Part shown: piece after piece, positions 1 to 5,659 of the stretch
How the letters are laid out: every line of letters starts with the position of its first letter
Numbering within the stretch: position 1 is the stretch's first letter
IMG/VR virus record: IMGVR_UViG_2585427766_000017
Reading direction: 5' to 3' (one strand)
DNA length: 5,659 nucleotides
DNA from: a virus
Taxonomy: Duplodnaviria > Heunggongvirae > Uroviricota > Caudoviricetes
Notes under the pieces: model-generated
The model's database searches: none
What the model was told of the DNA's origin: nothing
The model's input: only the letters and a program-made list of their open reading frames with translations
Program-made: the position numbers and the translations under genes

Positions 1-2053
1 TGGCTGATTAAAACGGAACTGCTGGAAACGCAGACCGTGGACTTCAGCGTGGGTGCGGAAGGGCTTCGCCATGTACCGGGGGATGTCATTGAAATCTGCG
101 ATGATGACTATGCGGGTATCAGCATCGGCGGGCGCGTGCTGGCGGTGAACAGCCAGACCCGGACGCTGACGCTCGACCGTGAAATCACGCTGCCATCCTC
201 CGGTACCACGCTGATAAGCCTGGTTGACGGAAGTGGCAATCCGGTCAGCGTGGAGGTCCAGTCCGTCACCGACGGCGTGAAGGTAAAAGTGAGCCGTGTT
301 CCTGACGGCGTTGCCGGATACAGCGTGTGGGGGCTGAAGCTGCCGACGCTGCGCCAGCGCCTGTTCCGCTGCGTGAGTATCCGTGAGAACGATGACGGCA
401 CGTATGCCATCACCGCCGTGCAGCATGTACCGGAAAAAGAGGCCATCGTGGATAACGGGGCGCACTTTGACGGTGACCAGAGCGGCACGGTGAATGGTGT
501 CACGCCGCCAGCGGTGCAGCACCTGGCCGCAGAAGTCACTGCAGACAGCGGGGAATATCAGGTGCTGGCGCGATGGGACACACCGAAGGTGGTGAAGGGC
601 GTGAGCTTCCTGCTCCGTCTGACCGTAACAGCGGACGACGGCAGTGAGCGGCTGGTCAGCACGGCCCGGACGACGGAAACCACATACCGCTTCACGCAAC
701 TGGCGCTGGGGAACTACAGGCTGACAGTCCGGGCGGTAAATGCCCGGGGGCAGCAGGGCGATCCGGCGTCGGTATCGTTCCGGATTGCCGCACCGGCAGC
801 ACCGTCGAGGATTGAGCTGACGCCGGGCTATTTTCAGATAACCGCAACGCCACATCTTGCCGTTTATGACCCGACGGTACAGTTTGAGTTCTGGTTCTCG
901 GAAAAGCGGATTGCGGATATCAGGCAGGTTGAAACCAGCGCCCGCTATCTTGGCACGGCGCTGTACTGGATAGCCGCCAGTAGCAATATCAAACCGGGCC
1001 ATGATTATTATTTTTATATCCGCAGTGTGAATACTGTTGGCAAATCGGCATTCGTGGAGGCCGTCGGTCGGGCGAGCGATGATGCGGAAGGTTACCTGAA
1101 TTTTTATAAAGGGTTGATCAATAAAACACATCTCGCCAAGGAACTGTGGAAAACATTGATAACGGAAGATAACGCCAGCTGGCTGAAATCAGGACGTCCA
1201 TTCGAAAGAGTGAAAGGACGCCAACAAGAAATGGAAGACCATGTGGGGCGTCAAAATTGAGCAGACCAAAGACGGCAAACATTATGTCGCGGGGCTTGGC
1301 CTCAGCATGGAGGATACGGAGGAAGGCAAACTGAGCCAGTTCCTGCTGGCAGCAGACAGGATTGCGATGATTAATCCTGCAAACGGGAATGAAACGCCGA
1401 TGTTTGTGGCGCAGGGCAACCAGATATTCATGAACGACGTGTTCCTGAAGCGCCTGACGGCCCCCACCATTACCAGCGGCGGTAATCCTCCGGCATTTTC
1501 CCTGACACCGGACGGGCGGCTGACGGCGAAAAATGCCGATATCAGCGGTAACGTGAATGCGAACTCCGGGACGCTCAACAACGTCACGATTAACGAGAAC
1601 TGTCGGGTTCTGGGAAAATTGTCCGCGAACCAGATTGAAGGCGATCTCGTTAAAACAGTGGGCAAAGCTTTCCCCCGGGACTCCCGTGCACCGGAGCGGT
1701 GGCCATCAGGAACCATTACCGTCAGGGTTTATGACGATCAGCCGTTTGACCGGCAAATTGTTATTCCGGCGGTGGCATTCAGTGGCGCTAAGCATGAGAG
1801 AGAGCATACTGATATTTACTCCTCATGCCGTCTGATAGTGCGGAAAAACGGTGCTGAAATTTATAACCGTACCGCGCTGGATAATACGCTGATTTACAGT
1901 GGCGTTATTGATATGCCTGCCGGTTACGGTCACATGACACTGGAGTTTTCGGTGTCAGCATGGCTGGTAAATAACTGGTATCCCACAGCAAGTATCAGCG
2001 ATTTGCTGGTTGTGGTGATGAAGAAAGCCACTGCAGGCATCACGATTAGCTGA
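1..2053 (+). pseudogene. J: Tail-tip host specificity protein J (lambda gpJ family), 5'-partial and disrupted: central portion in frame 1 (1..1260) and C-terminal receptor-binding portion in frame 2 (about 1214/1241..2053)
   Basis: Frame 1 is open from nt 1 (the GTG at 37 is only the first start-like codon, not a real start) and reads [41 protein letters not shown]...[64 protein letters not shown]...[34 protein letters not shown], which I recognise as near-identical to the central, FN3-like region of lambda J (from memory). Frame 2 ORF 1241..2053 reads [30 protein letters not shown]...[45 protein letters not shown]...DMPAGYGH, matching the lambda J C-terminal region. The two parts are in different frames, and frame 2 carries TGA stops at 1184-1186 and 1211-1213, so no single ORF spans the gene. 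Confidence 0.85.
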
Positions 2054-2071
2054 ATTTTATAACCCAGATAC

Positions 2072-2097
2072 GGGCGCCAGAAATGGCGCCTTTTTTA
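2072..2097 (+). terminator. Putative rho-independent terminator between J and lom
   Basis: GC stem gggcgcc / ggcgcc (2072-2078 and 2085-2090) around loop agaaat, followed directly by TTTTTT (2091-2096); it lies 19 nt after the J stop codon (2051-2053). Confidence 0.65.
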
Positions 2098-2109
2098 TTG
2101 CAGAAAAGC

Positions 2110-2115
2110 GAGAGG
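2110..2115 (+). promoter_or_regulatory. Shine-Dalgarno-like ribosome-binding site for lom
   Basis: GAGAGG ends 5 nt before the ATG at 2121. Confidence 0.5.
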
Positions 2116-2120
2116 TAATT

Positions 2121-2720
2121 ATGCGTAAATTATGTGCTGTTATTTTGTCCGCAGTAGTCTGGCAGGTCGCCGCTGCTACGCCAGCGAGTGCAGCAGAACA
2201 TCAATCCACGCTGAGCGCGGGGTATCTCCATGCCTCGACGAACGTTCCCGGCAGCGATAATCTGAACGGGATTAACGTGAAATACCGTTATGAGTTTACG
2301 GACGCGCTGGGGCTGATTACGTCCTTCAGTTATGCCAATGCTGAGGATGAGCAAAAAACGCGCTACAGCGATACCCGCTGGCATGAAGATTCCGTGCGTA
2401 ACCGCTGGTTCAGCGTGATGGCGGGGCCGTCTGTACGCGTGAATGAATGGTTCAGCGCGTATGCGATGGCGGGTGTGGCTTACAGCCGTGTGTCGACTTT
2501 CTCCGGGGATTATCTGCAGGTGACCGGCAATACGGGGAAAACGCACGATGTGCTGACAGGAAGTGATGACGGTCGCCACAGCAACACGTCTCTGGCGTGG
2601 GGAGCTGGCGTGCAGTTTAACCCGACCGAATCCGTGGCCATTGATATTGCTTATGAAGGCTCCGGCAGTGGCGACTGGCGCACTGACGGTTTCATCATGG
2701 GTGTCGGTTATAAGTTCTGA
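2121..2720 (+). CDS. lom: Lom/Ail/PagC/OmpX-family outer-membrane beta-barrel protein (phage lambda Lom homologue), with N-terminal signal peptide
   Basis: 199-aa ORF with a signal-peptide-like N-terminus (MRKLCAVILSAVVWQVAAATPASA). The motifs GINVKYRYEFTD, SVMAGP, SAYAMAGVAYSR and the C-terminal AIDIAYEGSGSGDWRTDGFIMGVGYKF match lambda Lom as I remember it, including the terminal aromatic residue typical of outer-membrane barrels. Position directly after J matches lambda gene order. Confidence 0.92.
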   Translation: MRKLCAVILSAVVWQVAAATPASAAEHQSTLSAGYLHASTNVPGSDNLNGINVKYRYEFTDALGLITSFSYANAEDEQKTRYSDTRWHEDSVRNRWFSVMAGPSVRVNEWFSAYAMAGVAYSRVSTFSGDYLQVTGNTGKTHDVLTGSDDGRHSNTSLAWGAGVQFNPTESVAIDIAYEGSGSGDWRTDGFIMGVGYKF

Positions 2721-2745
2721 TTAGCCAGGTAACACAGTGTTATGA

Positions 2746-2773
2746 CAGCCCGCCGGTTCAGGCGGGCTTTTTT
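2746..2773 (+). terminator. Putative rho-independent terminator between lom and stf
   Basis: Stem agcccgcc (2747-2754) / ggcgggct (2761-2768) with loop ggttca, followed by TTTTTT (2768-2773); it lies 26 nt after the lom stop codon. Confidence 0.7.
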
Positions 2774-2784
2774 GTGGGGTGAAT

Positions 2785-4295
<1,511 letters not shown>

Positions 4296-4296
<1 letters not shown>

Positions 4297-4925
4297 TGGA
4301 AGCAGTGGACTTTATTACTGCGGTCAGAAATGCCGCTTACAACGAATATGGTGCTATCACCTGCGAGGTTCAATTTGAGGGGGCCGTGGATGCCAGAGGG
4401 GAGCCGAAATGGTCTCCTTTTACGGCCACATCCTTAGATGTTACGGACTATGGCCGACAGCTTTACCATGATCTGGTAAATGGCAAATATGGCGAAGTCA
4501 CCCCATTCTCAGTCACACCTGAGATACTGGAAAGAGAAAAAGCAGCCAGGTGTGAAGAAATTAATCTCTGGCGCGACCAGCAGGAGAATATCGAATACCT
4601 GATGGAGTTTAACGGTCGTCGCTGGGATTACGGCAAGCACACAAAGGAGCGAATTTCAACATCGCTGACCGTTGCCAGAAGCGGGCAACTACCTGAGGGT
4701 TTTGCCTGGACAGATGGCGACAACAATATCGTGCCGGTCACGGCGGCTGAACTGCTGGCTCTGGGGGATGCCATTGAGCTGGCGATGTTCAACAAAGGTG
4801 TGGAAATAAATACCCGCCAGCTGCAGATGAAGGCTGAGGTCAGCGCGCTGCAAACGCTGGAGGAGATTCGGGGTTACGTGGTTGGATGGGCGCATGAGCA
4901 GGTTCACGACACCCGCAATTCTTGA
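4296..4925 (+). CDS. Hypothetical protein in the tfa position; putative tail fibre assembly/chaperone or accessory protein (possibly DUF4376-like, unverified)
   Basis: 209-aa ORF whose ATG (4296-4298) overlaps the stf TAA stop (4294-4296), giving a TAATG translational-coupling junction, with a GAGGGTAAGG Shine-Dalgarno-like stretch just upstream. It occupies the position of tfa in lambda, but I see no similarity to the lambda Tfa sequence. Confidence 0.6.
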
Positions 4926-5271
4926 AATGCTGGATGACTACCGCTGGCGACTGGTGGAACCGTTTGAATTCTGGCTCACGGACGAGCCGGAAGATGTTAT
5001 CAGCGTGCCGGCAGGTTACGTCACTGACCTGGCAAGCGTACCTCGCATCCTGTGGGCGATATTTCCTCCGCACGGGCGTTATGCCAAGGCTGCAATCATT
5101 CACGACTGGATGTACGACAATGGGCTCCGGACAAAAAGAGAGGCAGACAGGATTTTCCTGGATGCCATGAAGGTGCTTAAGGTACCTGCCTGGCGGCGTC
5201 TGATGATGTACTGTGCTGTACGTCTCTTCGGGCGGGGTAACTACGAACCGATACATCAAAAAACAATGTGA
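4894..5271 (+). CDS. DUF1353-like hypothetical protein (phage tail-region accessory protein of unknown function)
   Basis: ORF in a different frame that overlaps the 3' end of the 209-aa gene. It contains PAGYVTDLASVPR...AAIIHDWMYD, which resembles the motif I associate with DUF1353 proteins. The start is ambiguous: TTG 4882 (ORF-track start), ATG 4894 (chosen here), or ATG 4927, which lies one nt after the upstream TGA stop (4923-4925). Confidence 0.6.
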   Translation: MSRFTTPAILEMLDDYRWRLVEPFEFWLTDEPEDVISVPAGYVTDLASVPRILWAIFPPHGRYAKAAIIHDWMYDNGLRTKREADRIFLDAMKVLKVPAWRRLMMYCAVRLFGRGNYEPIHQKTM

Positions 5272-5410
5272 TTTCAGTGATTCACATATCCGGGATAAGA
5301 ATCAAGAAGCCTCAGACACGACGTATGCAGGACGTGCTGCGGTTGGCTGGTGAACTTTCGATAGTGCGAGTATTGAATGATTTCCAGCCGTTACCGATTT
5401 TACGTGTTAA

Positions 5411-5659
5411 TTAGTGAGCAAACCACTCGTCAGCAGACTCCCAGGTATCTTTCAGAGTTTCCTGAACAAAAGTTTTAGCTGAATCTTTATCGGCGGTGCG
5501 CGTAACAGAAAGGCCATCGTTGCTGGTAGCTTTTACGATCACCTCTACATCGTCATAACGTTTACTGATGCGTCGGGTTAATTCTTCCTTTAACGCATCC
5601 ACAGCACCGGTTGGCATTTTAGTCATTTTTTCTTTGGCTATGCAGATTTCAATACGCAT
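5411..5659 (-). CDS. dinI: DinI-family DNA-damage-inducible protein (RecA/SOS modulator homologue), complete; start codon is the last 3 nt of the window
   Basis: 82-aa minus-strand [14 protein letters not shown]...[20 protein letters not shown]...LSV...[11 protein letters not shown]. It matches the E. coli DinI pattern MRIE..IAK...P.GA.DAL..EL.RRI...LSV...QETWESADDWF in length and in N- and C-terminal signatures. Confidence 0.85.
   Translation of the reverse strand: MRIEICIAKEKMTKMPTGAVDALKEELTRRISKRYDDVEVIVKATSNDGLSVTRTADKDSAKTFVQETLKDTWESADEWFAH

Noticed and set aside
37-39. GTG at 37 given by the ORF track as the start of the 407-aa ORF
   Set aside because: Frame 1 is open from nt 1 and the upstream residues ([12 protein letters not shown]) continue the J homology, so the gene enters from upstream and 37 is not a start.
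108-539. Minus-strand 143-aa ORF inside J
   Set aside because: Antisense to strongly conserved J coding sequence, Cys/Ser/Thr-rich low-complexity translation, no homology signal. The same reasoning applies to 1282..1716(-), 2130..2579(-), 3008..3337(-), 3027..3254(-), 4689..4907(-) and 4840..5259(-).
1180-1260. Programmed ribosomal frameshift in J
   Set aside because: No slippery heptamer or downstream structure is evident, J is not known to use frameshifting, and the downstream frame carries two in-frame TGA codons, which fits mutation better.
1557-1835. Plus-strand 92-aa alternative-frame ORF inside the J C-terminal region
   Set aside because: Fully embedded in the conserved J reading frame, with an Arg/Ser/Thr-rich translation typical of an off-frame read of GC-rich coding DNA.
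4922-5170. Plus-strand 82-aa ORF in an alternative frame of the DUF1353-like gene
   Set aside because: Embedded off-frame ORF; the DUF1353-like frame carries the recognisable motif.
5325-5414. 29-aa small ORF ([29 protein letters not shown]) in the convergent intergenic spacer
   Set aside because: No convincing ribosome-binding site, it overlaps the dinI-like stop codon on the other strand, and it is too short to assess without conservation data.

Overview
This window is the distal tail (late) region of a lambdoid prophage, probably enterobacterial, with gene order and protein sequences closely resembling phage lambda J-lom-stf. It holds the 3' ~60% of the host-specificity tail-tip gene J, which enters from upstream and is disrupted by a frame change and in-frame stops near 1180-1260. 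Downstream are a Lom/Ail-family outer-membrane protein gene bracketed by two hairpin terminators, a mosaic side-tail-fibre gene with a collagen-like GDK repeat array, and a translationally coupled 209-aa gene sitting where lambda has tfa but not resembling lambda Tfa. A small DUF1353-like gene follows, then an AT-richer junction and a convergent, complete DinI-like gene ending at the window edge. Nothing here is clearly a new system; the best candidates for undescribed biology are the two uncharacterised genes downstream of stf, the divergent receptor-binding ends of J and Stf, and the broken J. All homology statements rest on reading the translations against remembered lambda and E. coli proteins; no searches were run.
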